The notes under the pieces: generated by a model
Database searches by the model: none
Told to the model about the DNA's origin: nothing
Seen by the model: the letters and a program-made list of their open reading frames with translations, nothing else
Position numbers and translations under genes: made by a program
Shown here: positions 1 through 9,987 of the stretch, piece by piece
Layout of the letters: every line of letters starts with the position of its first letter
How positions within the stretch are numbered: position 1 is the first letter of the stretch
Source of the DNA: Candidatus Doudnabacteria bacterium RIFCSPHIGHO2_02_FULL_42_25
GTDB lineage: Bacteria > Patescibacteriota > Doudnabacteria > UBA920 > O2-02-FULL-48-8
DNA: 64,000 nt
Direction of reading: 5' to 3'
Assembly: GCA_001777665.1 (NCBI GenBank)
Contig: MFEQ01000005.1
Location: forward strand, 13,673 to 77,672

Positions 1-1
1 G

Positions 2-1861
2 ACCACGGGTACGGCAGATAATGATGATCAGTGTACTAATAACGCTGGAACGGTAGGGGCTGCGCAATCGTATGCTTGTAGTTTTCAAATGGATGTTGGC
101 CCTGGCGTGTATGAATTTGTCGGTTTCTTTATGAATGTAGATCTTGCGGATCCGGACTGGGTTCCAGATAATACTGTTTTTAGAGTTTCAAATAAAGTTA
201 CAGTGGTGGACCCTTTTCAGCCCTTGAGAGTAATTAAATCAGGAGGGGGGAACGGAACAATCACTTCTACTCCCGCGGGTATTAACTGTGGAAATGCTTG
301 TCCGGAACAAACTGTCAGCTTCGATTATGGACAAGTAGTAACTTTGGAAGTCGCCGCGAATCCAGGAAGTACCTTTACTGGCTGGGCTGGAGAAGGATGC
401 GGTGGTGTTGGGATTTGTACGGTGACTATGAGTAAGGCCAGAACTGTGACTGCCAGTTTTGATGCTGTCCCTACGTTGATTACTGATCCAGCCACGAATC
501 CTGCACCGAATTCTGTGACTTTGAATGGCCGAGTAGATCCGAATTTACAGGCTACCAATGCTTGGTTTAGATACAGCACTGTTAACCCTGGCAGTTGTGA
601 CGCTCTCTTTGATAACGATGCCAATGGACCTAAAATTCCTTTTGCGGCTGGCTCTGGGAATGGTTATTCGCCGTATTCCCAAAATCTTATTGGCTTAATT
701 CCTGACACCACCTACTATTATTGTGCCATCGGTTCAAACAATACAGGTTTTGGATATGGGACGATTGTCAGCTTTGTAACAAAAGCGAGCGGAACAATTA
801 TAGTTAATACCAATGTAGCGACAGATTGGCAGCTGAATGGACCGCAACCTGCTAATTGTAATGCTTGTTCTAACGACCCATCCCGATATACAAATTGGAT
901 AGCTGGTAACTATAGTCTCACGAATGTTCCAAATTTTGGAGATTATGCACCGCCGCAAATAAACCCTGCACTCGGTGTATTTCAAAATCTTCCCAATGGC
1001 GGCACCATTACATGGACAATATATTATCCACCAAAAGCCCCAATTATTACTGATGTAGTCAATTCAACTTGTGAGCAATTAACGGTTAGTTGGAATGATG
1101 TTCTTAGTGAAGCCAGTTATGAAGTTTGGAGAACTGAAGACGAGCCTCCAAATGCGTTCCCTATTGGTTGGATCAAAATTGCTGATAGTCCGGCTAATAA
1201 CCCCCTATCGTACACCGATAATACAGTTGTCGCCAATAATTCGTATTATTATATCATTGTCGCTAAAGATCAGGTTGGAAGTACTCCCTCCGCACCTTTC
1301 GGTTCCAGACTTGCAGTGCAATGTTTTGCTAACCTCACGTCGTCAGTTAAAACGATAGATACTATACAAAAACCCGGGGTAGGGGTACCCGTCCCATTTA
1401 ATATGACCATGAAAATTGAGGAAAACGATATACTAAAATTCAAAATAACAATCATCAACAATGGTACTGACGATGCCGATATTACTAAGTTTTGTGATTA
1501 TCCATCCAATAATTTTCAAGATTTGAATAATGCGTCTGAAGACGGACCATTAACTTCACCTGCTGCTCGACCTCTTCTAAATCCAGTGGAGTGTGAGGTT
1601 ATTAACGGTAATCCTGGTTATTATTTTGATGTCGACGGGACACTCACAAAAGATGGTGCCAATTCAAGATCTGATATCTACTTCACTGCTGTATTTAGGT
1701 CTCAATCTCCCAATTTAAAAACTGAAATTTGCTCGAATTTAGGGCGCGTTATTTATAATGATTCCTCTGGCAACGGAAAAATTGAAGACATACCATTTGG
1801 CCCGACACTGTGTCAATCAGCTGGCAGCAGGGTGCCGACATTTAGAGAAGTAGCACCATAA
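2..1861 (+). CDS. Large surface/secreted protein (InlB B-repeat-like, Ig/FN3-like and DUF11-like domains), 5' partial
   Basis: Frame is open from position 2. Contains 'GNGTITSTPAGINCG..VTLEVAANPGSTFTGWAG..C' repeat-domain motif, FN3-like 'LTVSWND..YEVWR..YYYIIVA' and DUF11-like 'LKFKITIINNG'. Confidence 0.7.
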   Translation, partial: TTGTADNDDQCTNNAGTVGAAQSYACSFQMDVGPGVYEFVGFFMNVDLADPDWVPDNTVFRVSNKVTVVDPFQPLRVIKSGGGNGTITSTPAGINCGNACPEQTVSFDYGQVVTLEVAANPGSTFTGWAGEGCGGVGICTVTMSKARTVTASFDAVPTLITDPATNPAPNSVTLNGRVDPNLQATNAWFRYSTVNPGSCDALFDNDANGPKIPFAAGSGNGYSPYSQNLIGLIPDTTYYYCAIGSNNTGFGYGTIVSFVTKASGTIIVNTNVATDWQLNGPQPANCNACSNDPSRYTNWIAGNYSLTNVPNFGDYAPPQINPALGVFQNLPNGGTITWTIYYPPKAPIITDVVNSTCEQLTVSWNDVLSEASYEVWRTEDEPPNAFPIGWIKIADSPANNPLSYTDNTVVANNSYYYIIVAKDQVGSTPSAPFGSRLAVQCFANLTSSVKTIDTIQKPGVGVPVPFNMTMKIEENDILKFKITIINNGTDDADITKFCDYPSNNFQDLNNASEDGPLTSPAARPLLNPVECEVINGNPGYYFDVDGTLTKDGANSRSDIYFTAVFRSQSPNLKTEICSNLGRVIYNDSSGNGKIEDIPFGPTLCQSAGSRVPTFREVAP

Positions 1862-1871
1862 TAATCAATAT

Positions 1872-2294
1872 ATGGAAACTAGCAAAAAAACAATCGTTAG
1901 TGTTCTAGCCCTAATTCTTATTCTTGTTGTGGTTGTGTTGTGGGCGTCGTCAAGAAAAAAAGAAACTGTCACACCTGAACCAATTGCTACCGCCGAGAAA
2001 TCCCTAGTTCCAAGAGTTTACACTAGTTATGGAACAGTAACGAAACTTGAAACTGACAAAATTTATATCAATGTACCGATACTCGTTCCAGTTCAGAATA
2101 GTAACGCAAGTGCGTACATGAGTCAGTCAAGGTTAATAATTATAGTTCCAGAAACTTTAATTACTCGAATTGGATCCAATAAGTCTATTCCATTTTCTAG
2201 CATTAAAGTTGGTCAACGGATTCAAATAGATAGTTTAGAAGATTTAACCAAAGCCGTTGTGATTACTGCCAAAGCAATTGTAATCCCTAAATAA
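1872..2294 (+). CDS. Membrane-anchored hypothetical protein
   Basis: N-terminal hydrophobic helix followed by a beta-rich domain. Confidence 0.6.
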   Translation: METSKKTIVSVLALILILVVVVLWASSRKKETVTPEPIATAEKSLVPRVYTSYGTVTKLETDKIYINVPILVPVQNSNASAYMSQSRLIIIVPETLITRIGSNKSIPFSSIKVGQRIQIDSLEDLTKAVVITAKAIVIPK

Positions 2295-2345
2295 TCACAC
2301 CATTTGCGTACTTGTGCGAAATAGTGTATAATAAGTCAGTAAATA

Positions 2346-2368
2346 AAAGCCCCCGAAAAGGGCTTTTA
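2346..2368. terminator. Hairpin between a TATAAT box and secE
   Basis: AAAAGCCC-ccgaaaa-GGGCTTTT inverted repeat. Confidence 0.5.
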
Positions 2369-2381
2369 AAAAAGGGCAAAT

Positions 2382-2570
2382 ATGGTAAATCCAATTCAAT
2401 TCATAAAAGAAGCTCGGGCAGAGTTAGGGAAGGTAGTCTGGCCAAGTCGACGTGAAGTCATTCGTGTCACAATAGCTGTTATTATTCTTTCTTTAATTGT
2501 CGCTGCTTATCTGGGATCTGCTGACTACGGTTTGACCAAGCTTTTTGAATGGGTAATCAATAGACAATAA
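2382..2570 (+). CDS. secE: Preprotein translocase SecE
   Basis: EL.KVVWPSR motif and one TM helix, upstream of nusG. Confidence 0.97.
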   Translation: MVNPIQFIKEARAELGKVVWPSRREVIRVTIAVIILSLIVAAYLGSADYGLTKLFEWVINRQ

Positions 2571-2573
2571 AAT

Positions 2574-3119
2574 ATGGCAAGGCAGCAGGTAACAGGTGAA
2601 AAACATTGGTACGTTTTACATACATACTCTGGATACGAAGACAGTGTTGCTTTTAATTTGAAACAACGTATTGAATCCATGGGTATGGAAGATAAAATTT
2701 TCAATGTCCTGGTTCCGAAAGAAAAGAAGATCAAGATTAAGGATGGTAAAAGAGTAACAGTGGAGGAAAAGATTTTCCCAGGATACGTCATCGTCGAAAT
2801 GATTGTGACTGATGATTCTTGGTATGTCGTTCGGAACACGCCAAACGTTACGGGATTTGTAGGCTCTGGAACTATTCCAACTCCAATCTCAGAACCGGAA
2901 ATGGGCTTTTTACAAAAACGTATGGGCGTGGAAGAGCCGAAGTACAAAATCGATGTAACTATCAATGATTTGGTTCGTATAATGGATGGACCTTTCAAAG
3001 ATTACGAAGGCAAGGTATCCGAAATTGATGAGGAAAAAGGTAAAGTTAAAGTTTTGGTGTCCATCTTTGGTCGAGAGACACCTGTCGAATTAGATTTCTT
3101 ACAAGTTAAAAAATTATAA
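2574..3119 (+). CDS. nusG: Transcription factor NusG
   Basis: WYVLHTYSGYE, FPGYV, KOW domain, FGRETPVELDF. Confidence 0.99.
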   Translation: MARQQVTGEKHWYVLHTYSGYEDSVAFNLKQRIESMGMEDKIFNVLVPKEKKIKIKDGKRVTVEEKIFPGYVIVEMIVTDDSWYVVRNTPNVTGFVGSGTIPTPISEPEMGFLQKRMGVEEPKYKIDVTINDLVRIMDGPFKDYEGKVSEIDEEKGKVKVLVSIFGRETPVELDFLQVKKL

Positions 3120-3128
3120 AACAATTAT

Positions 3129-3551
3129 ATGGCTAAAAAAGTTAAGACAATTGTTAAAATACAACTTCAGGCAGGGAAAGCAACACCTAGCCAACAAACA
3201 GGTACTGCATTAGGACCTCACGGCATTAACATTGGTCAATTTTTGAAAGAATTCAATGAGAAGACTGGAGCCATGGGTGATATTGTCGTTCCAGCCGAGA
3301 TTACTATTTTCGAAGATCGGTCCTACACTTTTATTCTTAAAACTCCTCCCGCCTCGATTTTGATTGGAAAGGCAGCAGGTATAGCTAAGGGTTCAGGAGA
3401 TCCGTTGAAGAATAAAGTTGGTAGTATTACGAAAGCCCAACTCCGAGCAATTGCCGAACAAAAACTTCCTGATTTGAACGCCAATGACCTCGAAGCCGCA
3501 GAAAAGATTGTCGCCGGTACCGCACGCTCAATGGGAGTGGAGATTAAATAA
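3129..3551 (+). CDS. rplK: 50S ribosomal protein L11
   Basis: [28 protein letters not shown]. Confidence 0.99.
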   Translation: MAKKVKTIVKIQLQAGKATPSQQTGTALGPHGINIGQFLKEFNEKTGAMGDIVVPAEITIFEDRSYTFILKTPPASILIGKAAGIAKGSGDPLKNKVGSITKAQLRAIAEQKLPDLNANDLEAAEKIVAGTARSMGVEIK

Positions 3552-3552
3552 C

Positions 3553-4185
3553 ATGAACAAAAGATTTGCAGCGGCTCAAAAAGAAATAGACGTAACCAAG
3601 CAATATTCAGTTGAAGAAGCTGTTGCTTTGGCTAAAAAAACTTCTACCACCAAATTTGTCGGTAATATAGAGGTCCACGTTCGAACTGGTATTGACCCGA
3701 AAAAATCAGATCAGCTTATTCGGTCCACCGTGACTCTTCCGCACGGAACTGGAAAGATCAAGAAAGTCGCAGTATTTAAAGGTACAGAAGGTGAGCTTTT
3801 GATTAAGAAAATCAAAGAAACCGGTCAAATTGACTTTGATATAGCTGTCGCTGATCCAGCTATTATGCCAAAATTGGCAGTGATAGCAAAAATTTTGGGT
3901 CCAAAAGGGTTGATGCCAAATCCTAAATCGGGAACAGTGACTGCGGATACTGATAAAGCTGTTAAGGAATTTGCCGCTGGTAGAACAGAATTTAAGAATG
4001 ATGATTCTGGTAATATTCATATGCTTTTGGGTAAATCCAATTTCTCCGATGAGCAAATTGTTGCTAACTATAAATCATTCATGGATGCACTCCATTCCAA
4101 TAAACCAGCTGGATTGAAGAAAGAGTATATCGTTTCAGTAACACTGAATTCTTCCATGGGCCCTGGTATTAAAGTAAAAATCTAG
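3553..4185 (+). CDS. rplA: 50S ribosomal protein L1 (short, about 210 aa)
   Basis: LPHGTGK, LGPKGLMPNPKSGTV, SSMGPG. Start placed at ATG 3553 just after the rplK stop. Confidence 0.97.
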   Translation: MNKRFAAAQKEIDVTKQYSVEEAVALAKKTSTTKFVGNIEVHVRTGIDPKKSDQLIRSTVTLPHGTGKIKKVAVFKGTEGELLIKKIKETGQIDFDIAVADPAIMPKLAVIAKILGPKGLMPNPKSGTVTADTDKAVKEFAAGRTEFKNDDSGNIHMLLGKSNFSDEQIVANYKSFMDALHSNKPAGLKKEYIVSVTLNSSMGPGIKVKI

Positions 4186-4197
4186 TACAATAGTTTT

Positions 4198-4260
4198 ATG
4201 TTGATAACTCGGACAAAACAGATCTGGTCGTCATACGCAGGTTCTACTCTAGGCTACTAG
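4198..4260 (+). CDS. Putative 20-aa leader peptide MLITRTKQIWSSYAGSTLGY
   Basis: TACAAT lies 6 nt before the ATG; the stop codon falls inside the attenuator hairpin. Confidence 0.55.
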   Translation: MLITRTKQIWSSYAGSTLGY

Positions 4261-4308
4261 GGTTATTCGCTTTTCCAAACAAAGCTGCCCTAGTCGGGCA
4301 GTTTTTTT
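4246..4308 (+). promoter_or_regulatory. Candidate transcription attenuator (1:2, 2:3 and 3:4 stems plus U-tract)
   Basis: ACTCTAG/CTAGGGT, ACTAGGG/CCCTAGT and GCTGCCC/GGGCAGT followed by a T run. Confidence 0.6.
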
Positions 4309-4321
4309 GTAGGGAGGAATA

Positions 4322-4930
4322 ATGTACACCAATAGAATGCAATCAGAACAAACGCTGCAAACCGTCATCGTCGATGACGTGGCTCTGTTTCCCTTGTTTG
4401 TTCCCGAAGGGTTACAGCAAAGGCTCCTTCGTGAATTTGAAGGGCTGTCGTTTAAAGATCCCGAAGCTCCACAGTGTAAGCTTGTACGACAGGATTTCGA
4501 TAAGGTTCAACTTAACGAAATTCCACATGACATGCCTGCACTCGATGAACTGGACGAACTTGTGCAGAATTTTGTTCAACTTGGCACAGGCGTTGAACCA
4601 AATCTTTCGAAATGGTTTCCGAACGAAATCGTTATACAACGCTACACTTCAGCCGGTCACATTACAGGTCACAAGGATTCAAAGAAACACCGGCTTCTGG
4701 TCGCGATCGTCAACCTCGCAGGCTCTTGTCATTTTGACATTCTTACCTGTCGAGACGGTCAACCTGTGATTCGACTTACACCCAAAGCAGGAGACTTAAT
4801 CCTGATGAAGGCAAGCGGATTGCTGTCAGACCAAGTCGATGATCGACCCTTTCATCAGGTTTCAGGAAACTTGGACGAAAGTGTCCGGTACCGTATTTCC
4901 GTTGGTTTTCGTTGTTCTAGCTTGACCTGA
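4322..4930 (+). CDS. AlkB-like 2OG-Fe(II) dioxygenase
   Basis: HxD (GHKD), distal His (FHQV), RxSxxFR (RISVGFR); SD GGGAGG. Confidence 0.8.
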   Translation: MYTNRMQSEQTLQTVIVDDVALFPLFVPEGLQQRLLREFEGLSFKDPEAPQCKLVRQDFDKVQLNEIPHDMPALDELDELVQNFVQLGTGVEPNLSKWFPNEIVIQRYTSAGHITGHKDSKKHRLLVAIVNLAGSCHFDILTCRDGQPVIRLTPKAGDLILMKASGLLSDQVDDRPFHQVSGNLDESVRYRISVGFRCSSLT

Positions 4931-4996
4931 TGTTCAGCAGGCTAGTTCTTTTCTTTTTCATGAAATTTTTGCTATTATACTTTAGAACTAACAAAT

Positions 4997-5554
4997 ATGA
5001 TTTTATCTGACACAGACATCAAGACGAAACTTGATACCAATGAAATAAAAATCGATCCCATGCCCAACCTGGCAGAGGCCTTAGGTACTGTTTCTGTGGA
5101 TTTGCGTTTAGGCAATGACTTCATTTTATACAGAAGTACTTCGCATTCGGTTATCGACGCTCGAGATAAAAAAATCCCTGATGGGATTGAAGAAAAAATT
5201 TCTGTCGCTGAAGATGGAGATTTCGTCATTCGTCCTAGAGACTTCGTTTTAGGCTCGACTTTAGAAAAAATTGAATTACCAGCCTCTATCGCAGGACGAT
5301 TGGAAGGGAAGTCTTCTTTGGGTAGACTTGGTTTAGTGATTCACTCAACTGCAGGAAAAGTCGACCCTGGGTTTAAGGGCAATTTGGTTTTAGAGATTAC
5401 AAATATTGGGACTGTCCCAATAGTCCTCCATCCTGGAATGCGGATTTGCCAGTTGTTGTTTGAGCAGCTTAGCAGCCCCACTTCTAAACCCTACGTCGAA
5501 CGAGATGATTCAAAGTACAAAAATCAGGATAAAACCGTTGGTAGTATTTTATGA
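4997..5554 (+). CDS. dcd: dCTP deaminase
   Basis: MILSD, SVDLRLG, GKSSLGRLGL, DPGFKGNLVLE. Confidence 0.97.
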   Translation: MILSDTDIKTKLDTNEIKIDPMPNLAEALGTVSVDLRLGNDFILYRSTSHSVIDARDKKIPDGIEEKISVAEDGDFVIRPRDFVLGSTLEKIELPASIAGRLEGKSSLGRLGLVIHSTAGKVDPGFKGNLVLEITNIGTVPIVLHPGMRICQLLFEQLSSPTSKPYVERDDSKYKNQDKTVGSIL

Positions 5555-6219
5555 AAGGGAAATTGATCGTAGTGGATGGGACAGATGGATCAGGGAAAAG
5601 CACTCAAACGCAACTGCTGTATCGGAGGTTAAAGAAGCAGCGGATAAAAACAGCTTTTCTGGACATCCCGATTTATAATAGTTTTACAGGAGAATTAGTC
5701 GCGCGTTATCTTCGAAATGACTTTGGAAGAATCGATGCCTACCTAGCTGCAACACTGTATGCTGTGAATCGATTTGAGGCAAAAGATAAAATAGTTAAAT
5801 GGCTGAGAGAAGGCTATGTCGTAGTGCTAAATAGGTATGTCACGGCAAATTTGATCCACCAATCAGCGAATCTGGACAAAAAAGATCGAGAGAAGTTTAA
5901 AAAGTGGATTTCAAAATTAGAATATGAAGTTTTTGGGTTGCCAAAACCAGATCTGGTTTTGTTTATAAACATGCCTGTCGAGATAGCGATAGAGATGATT
6001 CAAAATAAATCCGCGAAAGATAGGAAATATCTGGCGGGTGCCAAGAAAGATTTACTCGAAAGCGATTTGCTCCACCAAAAAGAGTCCCTACGCGAGGTAA
6101 TAAAGACAGCCAAGGGCATGAAAGTTGCAAAAATTATTGATGCAACGATAAAGGGTGAATTAAAGCCAAAGCAAGTAATTGCTAATGAAATATGGAAGGA
6201 AGTCCATGCCATCATTTGA
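5551..6219 (+). CDS. tmk: Thymidylate kinase
   Basis: DGTDGSGKSTQ P-loop, NRY, PKPDLV. Confidence 0.93.
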   Translation: MKGKLIVVDGTDGSGKSTQTQLLYRRLKKQRIKTAFLDIPIYNSFTGELVARYLRNDFGRIDAYLAATLYAVNRFEAKDKIVKWLREGYVVVLNRYVTANLIHQSANLDKKDREKFKKWISKLEYEVFGLPKPDLVLFINMPVEIAIEMIQNKSAKDRKYLAGAKKDLLESDLLHQKESLREVIKTAKGMKVAKIIDATIKGELKPKQVIANEIWKEVHAII

Positions 6220-6853
6220 AATAGAAATTAAAAGCTTACTCGGAAGCAAAGAAAACGCAGATAAGCTTTTGGATAATTTAAAAAAAGATCCATCTTTTCA
6301 GGCGCACGGTACTCATAAGCAATTAAATCATTACTTCATCCCAGGAGATTTAAATACCTTAGCCCAAAAACTTAACTTAACCATTCCTGATAATATCTTG
6401 AATTCAAAAAATTTTTCAGTCCGGACAGCAGATCGAGACGGTAAGGTCTTGTTTGTAATTAAAGCCACAGTAGACGATACCACGTCAGCTAATGGTACTG
6501 CTCGTGCGGAGTTTGAACAAGTAGTTGATATGAGTTTGGATCAATTAGACAAAACTCTGCTGGATTCAGGATTTAAATATCAGGCTAAATGGTCTCGGGA
6601 GCGACAGGATTTTAAATATAAAGATATGAGTGTGAGCATTGATAAAAATGCTGGCTATGGTTACCTAGTGGAATTTGAAAAGGTTATAGAAGATCCATCT
6701 AAAGCTGATGAAACAAAGACTTTCATACGGGACAGTATGCAAGTGCTAGGAGTGGAAGAACTCAAACAAGATCGGTTAGAGCGGATGTTTGCACACTACA
6801 ATCAAAACTGGCAAGATTATTATGGGACTGAAAAAGTATTTAATATTGAATAA
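6206..6853 (+). CDS. CYTH-domain protein
   Basis: N-terminal EIEIK and later EFE motifs. Start set at ATG 6206. Confidence 0.8.
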   Translation: MPSFEIEIKSLLGSKENADKLLDNLKKDPSFQAHGTHKQLNHYFIPGDLNTLAQKLNLTIPDNILNSKNFSVRTADRDGKVLFVIKATVDDTTSANGTARAEFEQVVDMSLDQLDKTLLDSGFKYQAKWSRERQDFKYKDMSVSIDKNAGYGYLVEFEKVIEDPSKADETKTFIRDSMQVLGVEELKQDRLERMFAHYNQNWQDYYGTEKVFNIE

Positions 6854-7308
6854 TGTATAATCACGAACCAGAAAACTACACCTGTCCTTTCTGTATTTAT
6901 GTTTCGGATTCCAAATTTAAATATTTGGTTTACAAAGATGACTACTTGAGTGCATTTATTTCCTCTGCCATGTGGCCTCATAACCCTGGTATAGTCATCA
7001 TCATCCCGAACAAGCATATCGAGAATATCTATGATATGCCAGATAGTCTCCTGGCCGAAACGCACATTTTAGCGAAAAAGCTAGCTCTAGCTATGAAAAT
7101 CGCTTACAGATGTCACGGTGTAAGTATCCGTCAGCACAACGAGCCTGCTGGAAATCAGGAAGTTATGCATTATCATTTCCAAATCATTCCTAGGTATAAT
7201 AATGATGACCTTTATATCAATCACAGGAAAAAAAGTGACATTCTAAATGATGAACGTCTACGATTTGCAAGCTTATTAAAAGAGCAATTAAAAAGTGATG
7301 CAAACTAA
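6853..7308 (+). CDS. HIT family hydrolase
   Basis: CPFC; QEVMHYHFQ histidine-triad variant. Confidence 0.9.
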   Translation: MYNHEPENYTCPFCIYVSDSKFKYLVYKDDYLSAFISSAMWPHNPGIVIIIPNKHIENIYDMPDSLLAETHILAKKLALAMKIAYRCHGVSIRQHNEPAGNQEVMHYHFQIIPRYNNDDLYINHRKKSDILNDERLRFASLLKEQLKSDAN

Positions 7309-8248
7309 ACACCCAGAGTATCAATACTTAGATTTACTCAAACAAATCCTGGACAAGGGATTTCGTAAAGTTGATCGTGGGACAGGGGATGCTTCTTACA
7401 GTATTTTCGGTCCACAGATGCGATTTGATTTGTCAGAAGGGTTTCCTCTGCTTACCACTAAGAAAGTCTTCTGGAAGGGTGTTGTCGAAGAGTTGTATTG
7501 GTTTATGTCAGGTCAGAGCAACGTTTCTTATCTGACACGAAAAGGAGTCCACATCTGGGATGATTACCCCTATAAAATTTATAGTAAAAAGTATCCAAAT
7601 CAATTAGCTAAAGAACAGTTTGTCGAAAAACTAAAAACCGACGATGCTTTTGCCAAAGAACATGGGGAACTTCCTAAAATCTATGGTGAACTTTGGAGGC
7701 GTTGGCCTACTCGAACTCCGGGTAGGACTGTGGATCAGTTGGGCTGGGCTGTACAAGAACTTAAAGATGACCCAAATGCTCATAATTTGATCGTGAATTC
7801 TTGGAACCCTGAGTATCTCTACACCATGGCAACAAATGAGGATGCAGCGAGGTATCCCATCTGCCACAACATGTATCAGTTCAATGTCATAGATGATAAA
7901 CTGTCCCTGCATCTCTATCAAAGATCTGCGGATATGTTTTTGGGTGTACCTTTTAACATCGCATCCTACGCATTGCTGACTATGATTCTAGCTCAAGTCA
8001 CAGGATATAAACCAGGAGAGTTCATCCATTCATTTGGAGACACGCATATTTACGAAAAACACCTCGACGCTGTAAAAGAGCAGCTGCAAAGAACTCCTAA
8101 TGCATTCCCACGAATTGAATTAGATCCTTCAGTAAAATCTATCGATGACTTCAAACCAGAATTGGTGAAGTTAATTGATTATAAACCACACGACATGATC
8201 AAAGCCGAACTATCAGTTTCGGGTGGATTGTACGAGAAAAAACAATGA
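7295..8248 (+). CDS. thyA: Thymidylate synthase
   Basis: FPLLTTKK, PICH catalytic Cys, YQRSADMFLGVPFNIASY. Confidence 0.98.
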   Translation: MMQTKHPEYQYLDLLKQILDKGFRKVDRGTGDASYSIFGPQMRFDLSEGFPLLTTKKVFWKGVVEELYWFMSGQSNVSYLTRKGVHIWDDYPYKIYSKKYPNQLAKEQFVEKLKTDDAFAKEHGELPKIYGELWRRWPTRTPGRTVDQLGWAVQELKDDPNAHNLIVNSWNPEYLYTMATNEDAARYPICHNMYQFNVIDDKLSLHLYQRSADMFLGVPFNIASYALLTMILAQVTGYKPGEFIHSFGDTHIYEKHLDAVKEQLQRTPNAFPRIELDPSVKSIDDFKPELVKLIDYKPHDMIKAELSVSGGLYEKKQ

Positions 8249-8655
8249 AGTCTGGTGCCGGTATTCTAGCTATAAAAGACGGAAAGATTTTACTAGTTAA
8301 GGCTGGCATAAAATCTTTACAAAAGGATGGCTCCATCGCGTTCCCGGGCGGACACATCGATCCAGGAGAAACTCCAGAGATCACAGCTAAAAGGGAATTT
8401 ACAGAAGAAACTGGATTATTAGCAAATAACCTCATTGATTTTCCTGGTAATTACGTCCAAGCATCTGTAGAAAGAAAAGACGGTTGGGTAGATTTTTCTT
8501 TCAAGGTCTTTCTTTGCACCAATGTCTCTGGAGAATTGCAGGCGTCCGAAGAAACCGAACCTTTTTGGTTAGACTTAGAAGAAGCTAGAAAAATGAATCT
8601 GTATGGCAAGAATAACGAAATCTTAGAAGCGGCAATTAAATTTTTACGAGGGTGA
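8245..8655 (+). CDS. NUDIX hydrolase
   Basis: Nudix box GGHIDPGETPEITAKREFTEETGL. Confidence 0.93.
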   Translation: MKSGAGILAIKDGKILLVKAGIKSLQKDGSIAFPGGHIDPGETPEITAKREFTEETGLLANNLIDFPGNYVQASVERKDGWVDFSFKVFLCTNVSGELQASEETEPFWLDLEEARKMNLYGKNNEILEAAIKFLRG

Positions 8656-8677
8656 CCCTCGTAGTCTAATAAATAGC

Positions 8678-9157
8678 ATGAAATTAATCCTAATAGCTGC
8701 TGTAGCGAAAAATAGAGTGATTGGGAGTCACAATGCTCTTCCGTGGTACATCAAAGAAGATCTGAAACATTTCAAAGATAAAACTGTAGGCAAAACTGTG
8801 CTCATGGGTAAAAACACTTTTGACTCTATTATGAACAGGATAGGTAAACCATTGCCTGAAAGAGTCAATGTCGTAATTACGAGACAGACGGATTGGCAAG
8901 CGCCGACCGATGTAATAGTGTATCATAATATTGAAGACGCCTTGAATGGATTAAAAGATACACCAGAAGTAATGGTTGCGGGGGGAGGACAGATCTTCAA
9001 TCAGCTTATTGATAAAGCAGACAAACTGATTCTGACCGAGGTTCATAAAAAAGTTGATGGTGATGTCTTCTTTCCAGAAGTGGACAAAAATCTCTGGAAA
9101 GAAATGGAGCGCGAAGACCACGAGGAATTTTCATTCGTCGAATATGAAAGAGTTTAA
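8678..9157 (+). CDS. folA: Dihydrofolate reductase
   Basis: IG..NALPW, MGKNTF, PLPER.N, GGGQI, DGDVFFP. Confidence 0.98.
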   Translation: MKLILIAAVAKNRVIGSHNALPWYIKEDLKHFKDKTVGKTVLMGKNTFDSIMNRIGKPLPERVNVVITRQTDWQAPTDVIVYHNIEDALNGLKDTPEVMVAGGGQIFNQLIDKADKLILTEVHKKVDGDVFFPEVDKNLWKEMEREDHEEFSFVEYERV

Positions 9158-9175
9158 AATTTAATATTAAGTGGC

Positions 9176-9215
9176 TTGTCGCAAAAACAATGTAATTACC
9201 CAAAATTTGCGACAA
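9176..9215. repeat. 40-bp palindromic dispersed repeat, copy A
   Basis: TTGTCGCAAA..GTAATTAC..TTTGCGACAA; second copy at 35387-35426. Confidence 0.85.
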
Positions 9216-9224
9216 TACAAATTT

Positions 9225-9812
9225 ATGACGAATAGAGATATTGATTTCTTATACGAGATTGGATCATTGAGGAACGTGCCTAGAGGCTGGCGGCAGCATT
9301 TGGGTTTTGATGTTGCATCAGATTTGGAACACACAATCCGATTGATTTGGATAGCACTGATTATTTCAAGAATGGAAAAAGCTGGTGATGAAAATAAAAT
9401 TATCAAAATGGCACTCGTCCATGACGTAGCTGAAACTAGAACTTCAGATCTAAGCTATGTCCAGAAAGTTTACGTTAAAGCAGACGAGAGCAAAGCAGCT
9501 GATGATATGTTTGACGGAACAAGCGTTGCTGATTATCGCCACATCATAGAAGAATATGAAAAGCGAGATAGTATAGAAGCCAAGATCGTTAAAGATGCAG
9601 ATAATTTAGATATTGATTTAGAACTAAAAGAAATCGAAGAACTTGGATCTAAATTGCCTGGAAAGTGGGCAACAAACCGAAAATTAGTCAGGGATGAAAA
9701 ACTTTATACTCAATCTGCAAAAAAACTTTGGGAACAAATCCAATCCAGCGACCCAAGCGAGTGGCATATGAAAAGTAATAAGTGGCTCAAGGACCCAAAT
9801 GCTGGAAAATAA
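9225..9812 (+). CDS. HD-domain phosphohydrolase (YfbR/5'-deoxynucleotidase-like)
   Basis: PRGW, EH, HDVAE, KDADNLD motifs. Start set at ATG 9225. Confidence 0.88.
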   Translation: MTNRDIDFLYEIGSLRNVPRGWRQHLGFDVASDLEHTIRLIWIALIISRMEKAGDENKIIKMALVHDVAETRTSDLSYVQKVYVKADESKAADDMFDGTSVADYRHIIEEYEKRDSIEAKIVKDADNLDIDLELKEIEELGSKLPGKWATNRKLVRDEKLYTQSAKKLWEQIQSSDPSEWHMKSNKWLKDPNAGK

Positions 9813-9987
9813 TAAAGATTTATTATGGACACTTGCATTAGTGCTATTACCGGTAATTCTGTTGATATTTTTTACTTGGAAACGCGAGCTTAACTGGTAT
9901 AAAAATCCTCCTAAAAAGCTCAGCAAATATCAGGTTGCTATCGTGCTTGTTGTAATGCTTGCGTATTTATTGCTCGTAACCTTATGA
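9799..9987 (+). CDS. Small membrane protein
   Basis: Two hydrophobic segments; overlaps both neighbours. Confidence 0.55.
   Translation: MLENNKDLLWTLALVLLPVILLIFFTWKRELNWYKNPPKKLSKYQVAIVLVVMLAYLLLVTL

Noticed and set aside
3484-3552. Longer RplA start
   Set aside because: It overlaps rplK; ATG 3553 fits better.
9171-9224. N-terminal extension of the HD protein
   Set aside because: It is a translation of the 40-bp palindromic repeat.
4322-9812. Modified-base synthesis cluster (2OG oxygenase, dcd, tmk, thyA, HD)
   Set aside because: ThyA keeps the canonical PFNIASY Asn, and the oxygenase is a separate unit with different composition. Ordinary dTTP supply explains the cluster.
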